Below are positions 20,155 through 30,452 of a stretch of DNA of 46,802 nucleotides, piece after piece. Each line of letters opens with the position of its first letter. Position 1 is the stretch's first letter. This DNA is from an uncultured delta proteobacterium (GTDB lineage: Bacteria > Desulfobacterota > Desulfobacteria > Desulfobacterales > JAHEIW01). The stretch spans positions 1 to 46,802 of the forward strand of contig CAVPNL010000017.1 of the NCBI GenBank assembly GCA_963706575.1, in the 5' to 3' direction. The notes beneath the pieces were generated by a model, which was not told where the DNA came from, searched no databases, and worked only from the letters and a program-made list of their open reading frames with translations. Both the position numbers and the translations under genes were made by a program.

Positions 20155-20844
20155 TCACTCCTTTTTTTCCAATTGATAACAATTTGTTACATCATCGATT
20201 GCTTTTGAAACCAAAAATTCAGCAATGGTGCGGTCATAAACGGCCGTGTGATCAAAGGCTTTGCGGGCCAGCTGGAAACGAAGGTCGAGGTTCGTCGAAC
20301 CCTGGTTGGCTCTGAGTACCGCAAGGATCTGTCCGTAATCAGCAGGATCGACCACCGATGCAACCCGGATGTAATTTTTAGCAGAGGCCCGAATCATACA
20401 GGGTCCACCGATATCGATATTGCCTCTGGCCTGCTCCACGGTAACGTCCGGCTTAGAAATCGTCTCTTTGAACGGATATAAATTGACCACCACCATATCG
20501 ATGGGCACGCTGCCCGTGCGTTTTAGGTCCCCCTGATGGGCATCGTTGTAAGTCTCGGTTAAAAGGCCCAGATAAATTTTAAAGTCCAGGGTTTTGACCA
20601 GACCGCCCTGGGTCTCGGGCTGACCCGTGTATTCTGAGACCTGCATCAAGCGGCTCGCACCCGAGCCTGCCAGAATTTCACTGATGCGCCCATAGGTTCC
20701 GCCGGTGGAAAAAATGCGGATTTCCGGGTTAATCTCAACCAGCTTCGGAATAAACTGATCAAGTCCACCTTTGTCTGAAACACTGACCAGAATATTCTGT
20801 ACTTTGACTAAATCATCTACCCTTTCAACGACATTAATGCTCAT
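20155..20844 (-). CDS. purH: IMP cyclohydrolase MGS-like domain (N-terminal half of PurH, stand-alone)
   Basis: LVSVSDK, STGGT, GGLVKTL, VVNLYPF, IDIGGPCMIRASAKNY. Confidence 0.85.
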   Translation of the reverse strand: MSINVVERVDDLVKVQNILVSVSDKGGLDQFIPKLVEINPEIRIFSTGGTYGRISEILAGSGASRLMQVSEYTGQPETQGGLVKTLDFKIYLGLLTETYNDAHQGDLKRTGSVPIDMVVVNLYPFKETISKPDVTVEQARGNIDIGGPCMIRASAKNYIRVASVVDPADYGQILAVLRANQGSTNLDLRFQLARKAFDHTAVYDRTIAEFLVSKAIDDVTNCYQLEKKE

Positions 20845-20849
20845 AACGG

Positions 20850-21572
20850 TTACCTCTTTCCTTCATATTCTGCTAAAAAACGGTTAAAAAAATCATGCAT
20901 GAATGCATGACGCTCGCTGGCCCATTTGCGTCCTTCTGCAGTCAGCATTCGCTCCTTAATTTTGCAGAGCTTGATCTTAAATTCCCTGTATCCGGTATCA
21001 TCGATCGAGTAGGGCCTGGAGTTTTCAGCATCAAGGTGCGGGTTATGCAGCCGCGCCCCCACCTCGCCGGCAAATAGAAAGGCCCGGGCCACCCCTACCG
21101 CGCCGATGGCATCCAGTTTGTCGGCATCAAACAATACCTTTGCTTCGATTGTGGCCGGTTTGTGGTGATTGCGAAAGCGATGGGAGCGTATACAGTGAAT
21201 GATATTTTGCTTTTGTTTTTTTGAAAGCGGAAGCGCTTCGACCACCGGCTCCGCCATTTGGGCACCTTTTTCCGCATGGCAAATCGCGCCGTCGGATGCA
21301 TCCTGCAGGGCACGCCCGATATCGTGCAGGTAAGCGGAGGTCGCAAGCACATCCATGTCTGCATTTTCAGCGGGACCCATTATTTCGCATAGCCGAACCA
21401 CCCTGAGGGTGTGATCCCAGTCATGGCTTCCTGAAGCTTTATCAAAGCAACTTTGGGCAAACGCTTTAACCTGGGCAAGCGCCTGCTTCGGAGCGCTGCT
21501 GCCGGCCGATAAATCGTCTGAAATGTTTTGACGGTCTATCCTAGTATTTGATGCCTTTTTGGGTGATAACAT
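20850..21572 (-). CDS. HD domain phosphohydrolase (start uncertain)
   Basis: HDWDHTLRV, LHDIGR, DADKLDAIGAVG. Confidence 0.88.
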   Translation of the reverse strand: MLSPKKASNTRIDRQNISDDLSAGSSAPKQALAQVKAFAQSCFDKASGSHDWDHTLRVVRLCEIMGPAENADMDVLATSAYLHDIGRALQDASDGAICHAEKGAQMAEPVVEALPLSKKQKQNIIHCIRSHRFRNHHKPATIEAKVLFDADKLDAIGAVGVARAFLFAGEVGARLHNPHLDAENSRPYSIDDTGYREFKIKLCKIKERMLTAEGRKWASERHAFMHDFFNRFLAEYEGKR

Positions 21573-21769
21573 CCTAGTTTGATTCTAGTATACGATCATC
21601 GAATTAGGGATAATAAATGCAGTTGATCACTATACCAAATGGGATTCATCTTGCAAGAGATTCTGGCTGCAATTTTGTAAATTATTTTACAAGCGCATCT
21701 TTCGTATCGAAGTAATTGTATCAATACATACAAAAAACTTTTTATCGAACTTCATGTAAAATTCAAGTA

Positions 21770-21797
21770 TAAACTTTTGCTTCAAAAATGCCGATTA
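21770..21797 (+). promoter_or_regulatory. Possible sigma28 promoter for the HD-GYP gene
   Basis: TAAA-N16-GCCGATTA. Confidence 0.45.
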
Positions 21798-21882
21798 AAA
21801 TATTGAGGGTACAGAAGTACAGAAGCACCGGCGGTTTTAAATCACAGCGCATGATACAATGCTCTAAAGGTGAAATAGCGCT

Positions 21883-22800
21883 TTGCTGGAAAAAAATTAC
21901 ATCCCCATCAGAAATTCCCAGATCAATTATTATAAAGACGTTGGACTGTATTATATCGAAGGCGGGGCTTTTGTTTTATATAAGCCACCGGGCAAATTGA
22001 TGGCGGATTTGCGCATGAAAGAGCGAATGCATCCGACCGAGCTCTATATCCATCAAAATGACCGAATGACGGCCATAAAAGAGCTTCAAAATGGTTTTAA
22101 TCGGCATATCGCCCAAAGCATCAAAGCGGGAAACGCCGTGTCGGTCAAATCGACCCTCTGCAATCTGGTGGAAGAAACCCTGGCGGAACCCCGCAGTGGC
22201 ACCTTGCGGGCGCTGCCTGAAACCGTTGATACTTTGGTCAGCGGATACTCGAAAAACCCTGAGATTATAAAAACGTTCGCCTCGATTTCATTTAAGGACT
22301 ACAGCACGGTTATCCATTCGGTGAACGTAATGGCATTGACGCTGGGTTTTTGCTTCCACTCGAAATTGTCATTGCATGAAACAAAACGATTGGGTTTAAG
22401 CGCCTTGCTGCATGACGTTGGCAAAACCGAAATCCCTGACACCATCCTCAAAGCTCCCCGAAAATTAACCGACGAAGAATTTAAAATGATGAAGCGCCAC
22501 CCCAAGATCGGAGAATATATCATTAAAATCAAGAGCGAAATTGGCGGCGGCATTGCGCGTGGAGCACTCGAGCACCATGAAAAACTGGACGGCAGCGGTT
22601 ACCCCAAAGGCGTTCAGCACGTATCGTTTGTCGGTCAATTGCTGGGCATCATCGATTGTTACGAAGCCTTAACCAATGAAGAGCGGCCTTACCGCAGAGC
22701 CAAAAGCCCGATAGATACCTTAAAGCTGATTAAAACCGATGTGGAAGCCGGTAAATTTAACCGCAAAATATTCGAAAAATTCTGCTACAGTCTCATCTAA
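21883..22800 (+). CDS. HD-GYP domain cyclic dinucleotide phosphodiesterase
   Basis: HSVNV, LLHDVGK, HHEKLDGSGYP, RPYR. Confidence 0.92.
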   Translation: MLEKNYIPIRNSQINYYKDVGLYYIEGGAFVLYKPPGKLMADLRMKERMHPTELYIHQNDRMTAIKELQNGFNRHIAQSIKAGNAVSVKSTLCNLVEETLAEPRSGTLRALPETVDTLVSGYSKNPEIIKTFASISFKDYSTVIHSVNVMALTLGFCFHSKLSLHETKRLGLSALLHDVGKTEIPDTILKAPRKLTDEEFKMMKRHPKIGEYIIKIKSEIGGGIARGALEHHEKLDGSGYPKGVQHVSFVGQLLGIIDCYEALTNEERPYRRAKSPIDTLKLIKTDVEAGKFNRKIFEKFCYSLI

Positions 22801-22801
22801 A

Positions 22802-22992
22802 GAGGTTTCTGGTGTCCCTCCTTCGCCTTCCAGGCTGCGGCGGGCAAGCAGGTTTCAGGTCTTCGCCACCCAGGCGGGGATTGGACAAATGGCAACCGTA
22901 ACATCAGTTTAATTTGTTTGATTGGTTTAATTGGTTTTATTTGTTAAAACGAACCAATTGAACCAATTGAACGAATCTAACCAATCGAACAG
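22802..22992 (+). repeat. Family B variant, copy 4, with an additional nested small palindrome
   Basis: GTAACATCAGTTTAATTTGTTTGATTGGTTTAATTGG..AACCAAT arms; GGTTTCAG 7-mers interrupted by CCTTCGCC..GGCGGGCAAG. Confidence 0.8.
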
Positions 22993-23003
22993 GTCAATTT
23001 TCC

Positions 23004-24077
23004 ATGACAAGGCGTATTTCAAAAATCTTCTTTGTTTTATTCGTTATGGCGGCCTGCTTACAGTGCCGTTCCATGCCCTATTATGACCAGGTGATAAACG
23101 GTCAAATGGAAATTTTGCGGAACAGGGAGCCGATATCGGATTTAGTCGTTAATCCGGAAACGCCGGACCAGCTCCGTAAAAAACTTATATTTATTCAAAG
23201 TGTTAGAGATTTTGCAGCAAAAGAACTGCATCTGCCGGTCAATGATCATTATTTAAGCTATGTGGCACTTGACCGCCCCTATGTGGTCTGGAATGTATTT
23301 GCCGCCCCGCAATTTTCGCTGACTCCGAAAACCTGGTGTTTCCCCATCGTCGGCTGTGTCTCCTATCGGGGATATTTTGCCGAGGATGGCGCCCGGCGCT
23401 TCGGCGATTCCCTGAAACAAGAAGGTTATGACGTGTTTATCGGCGGCGCGATCGCCTACTCGACACTCGGCTGGTTCGATGACCCGGTCTTAAGCACCTT
23501 TGTATCTCTCAGTGAGCCTGACACCGCTGCGCTGATATTTCATGAATTGGCTCATGGGGTTCTTTACATCAAGGATGATACGGCTTTTAATGAAAGCTTT
23601 GCAACCGCTGTCGAACAGGAGGGTCTCAGGCGCTGGCAGACCTCGGCCGATGACCCAGGAGGCTATGAAAAATGGCTGCGAAAACAACGACAGCGCCAGA
23701 GGTTCACCACCCTGGTTTCAAAATACCGCACCCGGCTGGAAGCGCTCTATGAAAGCGACCTTCCATTGACGGCAAAATATAAAAAAAAGGCTGCTGTTTT
23801 CACTCAAATGAATACCGAGTTCAAGGATTTGAAATCAGATCATAGCGGCATGGCGGTATATGATGCCTGGTTTAATTATCCGTTGAACAATGCGCAACTC
23901 ATCAGTGTGGCAACCTATCACGACTGGGTGCCGGCATTTGGCAGGATGTTGTCTGAATCCGACGGGAATCTGAAAATATTTTACGAAAGATGCGACCAGC
24001 TGGCAAAAAAGGACCCGGCGGAACGGAAGTCCATATTAGAACAATATACAGAACAAGGCTTTCAGGAGGTCAAATAA
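23004..24077 (+). CDS. Putative exported zinc aminopeptidase
   Basis: WCFPIVGCVSYRGYF, AYSTLGWFDDP, HELAH, FNESFA, LNNA. Confidence 0.9.
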   Translation: MTRRISKIFFVLFVMAACLQCRSMPYYDQVINGQMEILRNREPISDLVVNPETPDQLRKKLIFIQSVRDFAAKELHLPVNDHYLSYVALDRPYVVWNVFAAPQFSLTPKTWCFPIVGCVSYRGYFAEDGARRFGDSLKQEGYDVFIGGAIAYSTLGWFDDPVLSTFVSLSEPDTAALIFHELAHGVLYIKDDTAFNESFATAVEQEGLRRWQTSADDPGGYEKWLRKQRQRQRFTTLVSKYRTRLEALYESDLPLTAKYKKKAAVFTQMNTEFKDLKSDHSGMAVYDAWFNYPLNNAQLISVATYHDWVPAFGRMLSESDGNLKIFYERCDQLAKKDPAERKSILEQYTEQGFQEVK

Positions 24078-24409
24078 CGGATCTGAGAGCTTGCAGGGTT
24101 GTTGCAAATGAAAAAAGCAGCCTTCTGGTTGACGATCGGCGCTTTTTCCACTAAAATATTCTAAGAAAACCAGCGAGAATTTTTTAAAGATTTTAAACCA
24201 CTTGCAAAGGAATAAATTTCTTCTTTTCATCACCGTTTTCAATCCGAGACCTCTGAAGGAACGCGCTCATATCTAAGTCGAGCGATCACTTACTTTAGAT
24301 AAAAACTGTACGATCGCAAGCACCCGGTTTAATTCACGTGAAAAAAGTGGTTTATACGTTTTTGGATCCTCCGATAACGTCATGCCGCAGGAATTGAGGG
24401 CTGTTTTAA

Positions 24410-26137
24410 ATGTATAACAAGTTTTTTGGATTTAAGGAAAAACCCTTCAAACTGGTGCCCAACCCGGCTTATTTTTATTTAAGCAAGAGCCACGAGGAAG
24501 CCATGGCCCATTTGAATTATGCAATCTCCCAGGGCGACGGCTTCGTCGAGATTACCGGGGAAGTCGGGACCGGTAAAACCACGCTTTGCAGGGCTTTTCT
24601 TGAAAGCTTGAATAACACCGTTGAAGCGGCTTATATCTTCAATCCCAAATTGGGCCCCAAACAACTGCTCAAGACCATCAATGAAGAATTCGGCATCAGT
24701 ACGGAGGGGGGCGATACAAAAGATCTGATTGATCGCCTGAATGCCTTTCTGATGCAAAAGAAGGCCGGTGGGAAAAAAATCATCCTGCTGATTGATGAGG
24801 CTCAAAACCTGAATCGCAATGTTCTGGAACAGCTGCGGTTACTTTCCAACCTGGAAACCAATCGGCACAAACTGTTGCAGATTATACTGGTGGGGCAGCC
24901 GGAGCTTTCTGAAATTCTTAATTCCCACGCGCTGCGGCAGGTGGGTCAGAGAATTACGCTCAGTTATCAGCTACGCCCCTTAACATGGACCGAATGTAAA
25001 GAATATATCCATTATCGCATCGGTATCGCTGCTCAAAAAACAGCCATCAAATTTGATCGATCGGCTTATCGTCAAATCTATAAATATTCAAAGGGCATCC
25101 CCCGCCTCATTAATATTGTTTGTGACCGCGCACTTTTAACCGCATTCGTTCTGAATCAATTCAAAATTACGACCCGCATCGCCAAAGAATCCATTAAGGA
25201 ACTTAGCGCTCGCGGGCGCGGTAAAAACTACGGACTTCCGACCGGCAAATGGGCGCTGATGGGTCTTTCTTTTTTGAGTATTGTGTTTCTAAGCGTTATC
25301 CTCTATCAGCCCATCAAGGATAAAATCACCACTACGATTGAACCCCCTACCGGTTCGGAAACGCGTCCTGTTTCCCGCGCAGATTCCGACGATACGCAAA
25401 CCGCTGATGCTGTTACTCAAATAAAGAATACTGAGCAGCCCGCTCCGGTAAAGGCACCCCAGACGAAAAACAACTTTGCAACCATCCGTCTGGCCGAATA
25501 CTTGATGAATATGGATGGGCGCAGTTCCCGCCAGCCCGCCTTAATGAATGCCACCAAGCTTTGGAATACAGGCACGCAGGTTACACCTTATCTCAAGGAT
25601 ATTGATGATGATCAAACCTATTTCCGCCTTTCCACAAAATCGAGCGGGATGTTCATCCATCGGGTCGAAACCGACATGGCGTTGCTAAAAAAATTGAACC
25701 TTCCGGCCATTCTTGAATTCTATCCGCCCGGAAGTCCCAGCCCGGGCTACCTTACTTTAAGCCGAATAGACGGCGACAGCATTATTCTGCAGGGTAAAGA
25801 AGAAACCGAATGGATTGTCACCGACCTGGAAGAACTCGAATTCTACTGGTCCGGAGTGGCCTACCTGCCCTGGAAAAATTTTCATTCCATCTGGGGAACG
25901 ATACCGGCGCAAACTTACAAAGATTCCATCATCACGCTGAAATTACTGCTGCAGGATCTTGGATTTGAAAATGTGTCCATCGATGATCAGTATGATGGCC
26001 TGACACAGCACGCGGTGGAAACCATTCAAGCGAAATACGGCATACCGGTAGATGGATATGTTGGCCCGCTAACCAAAATCATCCTGTACAAAGAAAAAGA
26101 TTCATTTGAAATGCCTCAACTGTCCAAGATCAAATAG
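24410..26137 (+). CDS. exeA: ExeA/GspA-like AAA ATPase with TM segment and peptidoglycan-binding domain
   Basis: FGFKEKPF, GEVGTGKTT, IDEAQNL, LVGQPEL, GIPRLIN, C-terminal VDGYVGPLT. Confidence 0.9.
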   Translation: MYNKFFGFKEKPFKLVPNPAYFYLSKSHEEAMAHLNYAISQGDGFVEITGEVGTGKTTLCRAFLESLNNTVEAAYIFNPKLGPKQLLKTINEEFGISTEGGDTKDLIDRLNAFLMQKKAGGKKIILLIDEAQNLNRNVLEQLRLLSNLETNRHKLLQIILVGQPELSEILNSHALRQVGQRITLSYQLRPLTWTECKEYIHYRIGIAAQKTAIKFDRSAYRQIYKYSKGIPRLINIVCDRALLTAFVLNQFKITTRIAKESIKELSARGRGKNYGLPTGKWALMGLSFLSIVFLSVILYQPIKDKITTTIEPPTGSETRPVSRADSDDTQTADAVTQIKNTEQPAPVKAPQTKNNFATIRLAEYLMNMDGRSSRQPALMNATKLWNTGTQVTPYLKDIDDDQTYFRLSTKSSGMFIHRVETDMALLKKLNLPAILEFYPPGSPSPGYLTLSRIDGDSIILQGKEETEWIVTDLEELEFYWSGVAYLPWKNFHSIWGTIPAQTYKDSIITLKLLLQDLGFENVSIDDQYDGLTQHAVETIQAKYGIPVDGYVGPLTKIILYKEKDSFEMPQLSKIK

Positions 26138-26187
26138 CCTCTGAGAATAAGCATTCAACAAATATCGAGATTGGAGAGCTGTCTAGC

Positions 26188-26997
26188 TTGAGTACAATTT
26201 TAAAAGCGTTAAAACGAGTTGATCAAACCACCCCGCCGCCGGATGATCTACAGGCTTGGCCGCCGAAAATTGATGCCAAAAAAACGGTAAAGACCCGAGT
26301 TCATAAAATCTGGCTGTATCGCAAGGTGTATCTGATACTTATTTTGACAGTTATGTTGATCGCAGCCGGCTGGTTGGCCTACAGCCAGAAGCACTGGTTA
26401 ACAGCCAAAATATTTCCGCAAAAAACCTCGGCAAAAGGTCCAGTTTATCAGGCCAAAATATATCCAGGACCTGATGAATCGAAGGGCGTTGTCTCAGAAA
26501 AGGAACCCACTTTGAAACGTCAAAATGCCCGGTCCGGCGCAGAATCCGGGCCGCGCCCTGCCGGTGTTGATCGGACGCGTCGCAGTTTGCCCCGAACCCC
26601 TGTATCGCAAAAGAGCCAAAAAGACAAAATACTCCCGTCATCCAGAAAAATTCAGCCCCCGGAAACAAAAATTAAAACTAAATCGAATACTTCCCGCTTA
26701 CCAGCGGCGATTTCCGAAAAATCCCTACAAAGCGACACGCGGCCAGAGGCAGCTGCCCCCACGAAAAAATCAACGTCACGGGTCGCAAGATCATACAAGC
26801 GCCTAGATGATTCGAAATTAGTCCTGCAAGCAATCGCCTGGTCAAAGGAAGCTTCACAGCGCCTTGCGGTCATCAATGGCCACATCGTACGTGAGGGCGA
26901 ATCCGTCGAGGGCTTTCTGGTCAATCAAATTCGTCAGGAAAATGTTGTCTTAAACGATGGTACGACGTCCTGGCAACTCGAATTCGGCTTAAAATAG
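26188..26997 (+). CDS. exeB: ExeB/GspB-like protein
   Basis: MSTILKALK start, TM helix, low-complexity linker, AVINGHIVREGE C-terminal domain; follows exeA. Confidence 0.85.
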   Translation: MSTILKALKRVDQTTPPPDDLQAWPPKIDAKKTVKTRVHKIWLYRKVYLILILTVMLIAAGWLAYSQKHWLTAKIFPQKTSAKGPVYQAKIYPGPDESKGVVSEKEPTLKRQNARSGAESGPRPAGVDRTRRSLPRTPVSQKSQKDKILPSSRKIQPPETKIKTKSNTSRLPAAISEKSLQSDTRPEAAAPTKKSTSRVARSYKRLDDSKLVLQAIAWSKEASQRLAVINGHIVREGESVEGFLVNQIRQENVVLNDGTTSWQLEFGLK

Positions 26998-27081
26998 AAG
27001 TGGTTTCAATGTCCACGAAAACCGGCCGGTCTTGTATTAAAAGGGGGCTCGGTTTTTTTAATCTTCCACCCGCTGTAATAA

Positions 27082-27927
27082 ATGGCTATGGAATTCAGAA
27101 AAGCAATACAGTCTAGCCGCTCGATTTGTCTATTGCTGATGATTGCGATTCTGGCGGGAATGATTTTCGGGTTTAAGCCGTTGCTGTCTCTGGAGCACAA
27201 GGCATATGACCGAATGGCAACCTTGAAGCACAGGGCAGCGGGCATCCCGGTCATCATTGTTGCCATCGATGAGAAAAGTTTGAAAAGCATCGGGGATTGG
27301 CCCTGGCCTCGCTCTTATATTGCCGATATCATCGATACCCTTTCAAAAAACGGTGCTCGCATTCAGGGTGTTTCCATTTTATATCGCAGCCGGGAGTTGA
27401 ATGACGGTCTGGCCGAATTAAAAACCTTCAGAGAGCGCATTCAGCAAAATCCTCCGATCGGCAAAAAACAGACGCTGAATAAAATAGACCGGCTTCTGGC
27501 GCAAACACAGACCCGGCTGAATCATGACGCCCGTTTAATTTCCGCGGTCAAAAAGGCCCGCAATGTGGTGTTGCCCCTTCGCTTCAACCTTGGCGAAGCC
27601 GGCGCTCAAATTTCAACCGACCTGTCAGACTGGCTGAAATTGAACTCTATCGAAATCGGCGAACCATCCGCCGCGCAAAACCGGCCAACACAGGCGGCTG
27701 CCTTTTTATCCGGCAGGCATCTTGGCAAACCCATTACGGCCTCGCAGGTTCAACAACCTTATTCCGAACTGTCAAGAAAGTCCGGCGCGCTGGGGCATAC
27801 CAACCTGATTGCCGACCAGGACATGATCACCCGCGGCGTTCCTTTATTTGTCCGGTTTCAGAACAGAGAATTTATTTCCTCTCGCCTTGCAGGTAGCCAT
27901 GAAATATTTCGGCGCCGGCATCGATAA
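27082..27927 (+). CDS. CHASE2 sensor domain, N-terminal part of a frameshifted CHASE2 Ser/Thr kinase
   Basis: IVAIDEKSL..GDWPWPRSYIA; frame breaks near 27875. Confidence 0.8.
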   Translation: MAMEFRKAIQSSRSICLLLMIAILAGMIFGFKPLLSLEHKAYDRMATLKHRAAGIPVIIVAIDEKSLKSIGDWPWPRSYIADIIDTLSKNGARIQGVSILYRSRELNDGLAELKTFRERIQQNPPIGKKQTLNKIDRLLAQTQTRLNHDARLISAVKKARNVVLPLRFNLGEAGAQISTDLSDWLKLNSIEIGEPSAAQNRPTQAAAFLSGRHLGKPITASQVQQPYSELSRKSGALGHTNLIADQDMITRGVPLFVRFQNREFISSRLAGSHEIFRRRHR

Positions 27928-29626
27928 CATCCGCCCGACATCATCCGGCCTGCAACTGAAGCACATCCATATTCCAACGGTCGGACACCATCAGATGTTG
28001 GTTGACTTCAACGGCCGGAAGATCAACATTGAAAAGTTTTCAGCAGTAGATGTGCTTGAAGGAAAAATACCCGAAAAATCATTCCGCCATAAAATTGTGC
28101 TGCTCGGGATAACCGCCGAAGAATTCACACCAACATACAAAACCCCGGGCCAGGGTCAGGCAAGCGGTATCGAAATTGTCGCCAATGCCGTTGAAAACAT
28201 CATAAACCGCAAACATATTTCAAGACCTGCCTGGTCAGCGGCGCTGGAAATTCTGGTTCTTATATATTTCGGCTTTTTTTTGCTGTTTGTCATTCCGAAG
28301 ATACAGCCACGAATCGGCATGCTCATTTTCGCCATTTTTTTAGCAACCTGGATAGGCGTTGCATTCGGGTTGTTTATTACTCAGGGATACTGGCTGCGGA
28401 TTGCCGCGCCGACACTTTTTGCAGTAATCGGTCTGGCCCTTGTCGAACGCATGCGCATATCCGATAAAAAGAAGGATGAAAGCGTCGAGTTAAACAAGTC
28501 CCTGGGGCTGTCGCTGCAAGGTCAAGGTATGCTGGATATGGCCTTTGAACGATTTATGAAATGTCCGATTGAGGAACCATCAGTCCAGGCACTGCTCTAT
28601 CATCTGGGGCTGGATTTCGAGCGAAAACGAATGTTTAACAAAGCCCTGGCCGTATACAACCATATTTTGAAAGCCGCCGCATTTAAAGACATCAAACGCA
28701 GAATCAATAATCTGAAAAAAATTGAGCACACCCTGGTGCTGTCTGCCGGTCAGAAGAAAAAAGACACGGCTTTGTTTTTAACAGATTCAAACACCAAACC
28801 GACTCTCGGGCGCTATGAAATCATCAAAGAGCTGGGGCATGGCGCCATGGGCACCGTTTACCTGGGTAAAGATCCGAGTATCAATCGTGAGGTGGCCGTC
28901 AAAACCCTCAGTTATGCGGATGTAGAACCCCAGCAGCTCAATGAGGTTAAAGATCAATTTTTCCGGGAAGCCGAAGCTGCCGGCAAACTCTCACACCCGA
29001 ATATCGTTACGATTTATGATGTCGGCGAGGACGATGACATGGCCTACATCGCCATGGAACTGCTTAAAGGCAAAGACCTTACGGAATTCTGCAGCAAAGA
29101 CAACTTGCTGCCGCCTCATCGTGTCCTCGGTGTGGGGGCTGCTGTGGCGGAGGCGCTTGATTACGCCCATCAACAGGGCGTCGTCCATCGCGACATCAAA
29201 CCGGCCAACATTATCTTGCTGGAAAATGATCAGATCAAAGTTGCTGATTTTGGCATTGCGCGCGTCATGAGTTCATCGACGAAAACCCAGACGGGCGTTA
29301 TTTTCGGAACGCCGAATTATATGTCACCGGAGCAGGTAGCCGGCAAAAAAGTAGACGGCCGCTCGGATCTTTTTTCGCTGGGGGTGGTGTTATTTGAAAT
29401 GTTTAGCGCTGAAAAACCCTTCAAGGGCGAGAATATTAACGCGCTGATGTATGCCATCACCCATAACACTTACACACCGCTGCTGGAGGTTGCGCCCGAA
29501 ACGCCGGCCGGCTGTGTGAAAATAGTTGACAAACTCCTGCGCAAAGGGGTGACCCAGCGTTATAAGTCCGCCACTCAACTGATTAAACAGATTACAAAGT
29601 GCCGGCAGGAATTGGAAAACGCATAG
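27848..29626 (+). CDS. C-terminal part: end of CHASE2, TM helices, Hanks-type Ser/Thr kinase
   Basis: LGHGAMGTVY, VAVK, HRDIKPAN, DFG, GTPNYMSPEQ. Confidence 0.9.
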   Translation: MSGFRTENLFPLALQVAMKYFGAGIDNIRPTSSGLQLKHIHIPTVGHHQMLVDFNGRKINIEKFSAVDVLEGKIPEKSFRHKIVLLGITAEEFTPTYKTPGQGQASGIEIVANAVENIINRKHISRPAWSAALEILVLIYFGFFLLFVIPKIQPRIGMLIFAIFLATWIGVAFGLFITQGYWLRIAAPTLFAVIGLALVERMRISDKKKDESVELNKSLGLSLQGQGMLDMAFERFMKCPIEEPSVQALLYHLGLDFERKRMFNKALAVYNHILKAAAFKDIKRRINNLKKIEHTLVLSAGQKKKDTALFLTDSNTKPTLGRYEIIKELGHGAMGTVYLGKDPSINREVAVKTLSYADVEPQQLNEVKDQFFREAEAAGKLSHPNIVTIYDVGEDDDMAYIAMELLKGKDLTEFCSKDNLLPPHRVLGVGAAVAEALDYAHQQGVVHRDIKPANIILLENDQIKVADFGIARVMSSSTKTQTGVIFGTPNYMSPEQVAGKKVDGRSDLFSLGVVLFEMFSAEKPFKGENINALMYAITHNTYTPLLEVAPETPAGCVKIVDKLLRKGVTQRYKSATQLIKQITKCRQELENA

Positions 29627-29844
29627 AACCTATCTCAAAAATAGCAGATCATGCCTCCCGCTTGAAAGCGGGACTTCGCATCTGATTTCTAAAATTAAGG
29701 TGCTCAGCAAGGCGCGGGCTCAAAAGGCCCACACTCAAATCGGTTTGACGAACTCCTTAATGTCTATACAAAGAGATGTGAGATCCCGCTTCAGCGGGGC
29801 AACGCCGCCATTGGGTATTAGATGCATTTTTGAGATAGGTTATA
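29624..29844. mobile_element. Family C MITE-like element
   Basis: Perfect 16-bp TIR AACCTATCTCAAAAAT (29627-29642 / 29826-29841); GCAAGGCGCGGG..GCAACGCCGCC core. Confidence 0.75.
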
Positions 29845-29922
29845 GAAAGGTGCTGCAGCGATTTGAAAAACATGGTAAGATAACCAAATGTTGAATGACG
29901 AATAAATCGGGAGGTCGGCACG

Positions 29923-30267
29923 ATGTTGAAAATAGAGTTGAAGTTCAAAGACAAGATTCTAAAACATATTGATACCGATAAAAGCGAAATTACCATTGGA
30001 AGAGGAGTCAATAACGACATTCAAATTGACAATCTGGCGGTATCTAAAACCCATGCCAAATTAATCAAACAAGGGGGTACTTATCGGGTTGAGGACCTCA
30101 ACAGCACCAATGGCACCCACTTGAACGATATATCGATTCAAAAAGCAGATTTAAGCCCCAACGATATTGTCACGATTGGAAAACACGATTTGCAGATTAA
30201 GTCGATAGACGATACCAAACCCGTTGTTGAAGATCTGGCGGATAAAACCGTAAAAGTATCCGGCTAA
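29923..30267 (+). CDS. FHA domain protein
   Basis: ITIGR..NDIQI..VSKTHA..DLNSTNGT; GGAGG RBS. Confidence 0.93.
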   Translation: MLKIELKFKDKILKHIDTDKSEITIGRGVNNDIQIDNLAVSKTHAKLIKQGGTYRVEDLNSTNGTHLNDISIQKADLSPNDIVTIGKHDLQIKSIDDTKPVVEDLADKTVKVSG

Positions 30268-30411
30268 AAATAAGATTTGCCGGCCCTTCGAATAATCCCT
30301 TCCTGCATTTGATTCTGTTTTGCCCCATTTCAGGCCTGGATTAAACTGCTTCTTTTAATTCATAGCGAACTCCCGATACTAGAGTGAGCTAGGAAAATAA
30401 GCATATATCAC

Positions 30412-30440
30412 TTGACAACCCCTTGGATCTTTCGTGTAAT
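30412..30440 (+). promoter_or_regulatory. Sigma70-type promoter directly upstream of the MITE-like element
   Basis: TTGACA-N17-TGTAAT. Confidence 0.6.
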
Positions 30441-30452
30441 AAGGTTAGGCTT

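Noticed and set aside
29700..30020. ORFs 29700-29894 and 29757-30020 as a mini-transposase
   Set aside because: They are too short, have no DDE or HUH motifs, and cross the element boundary.
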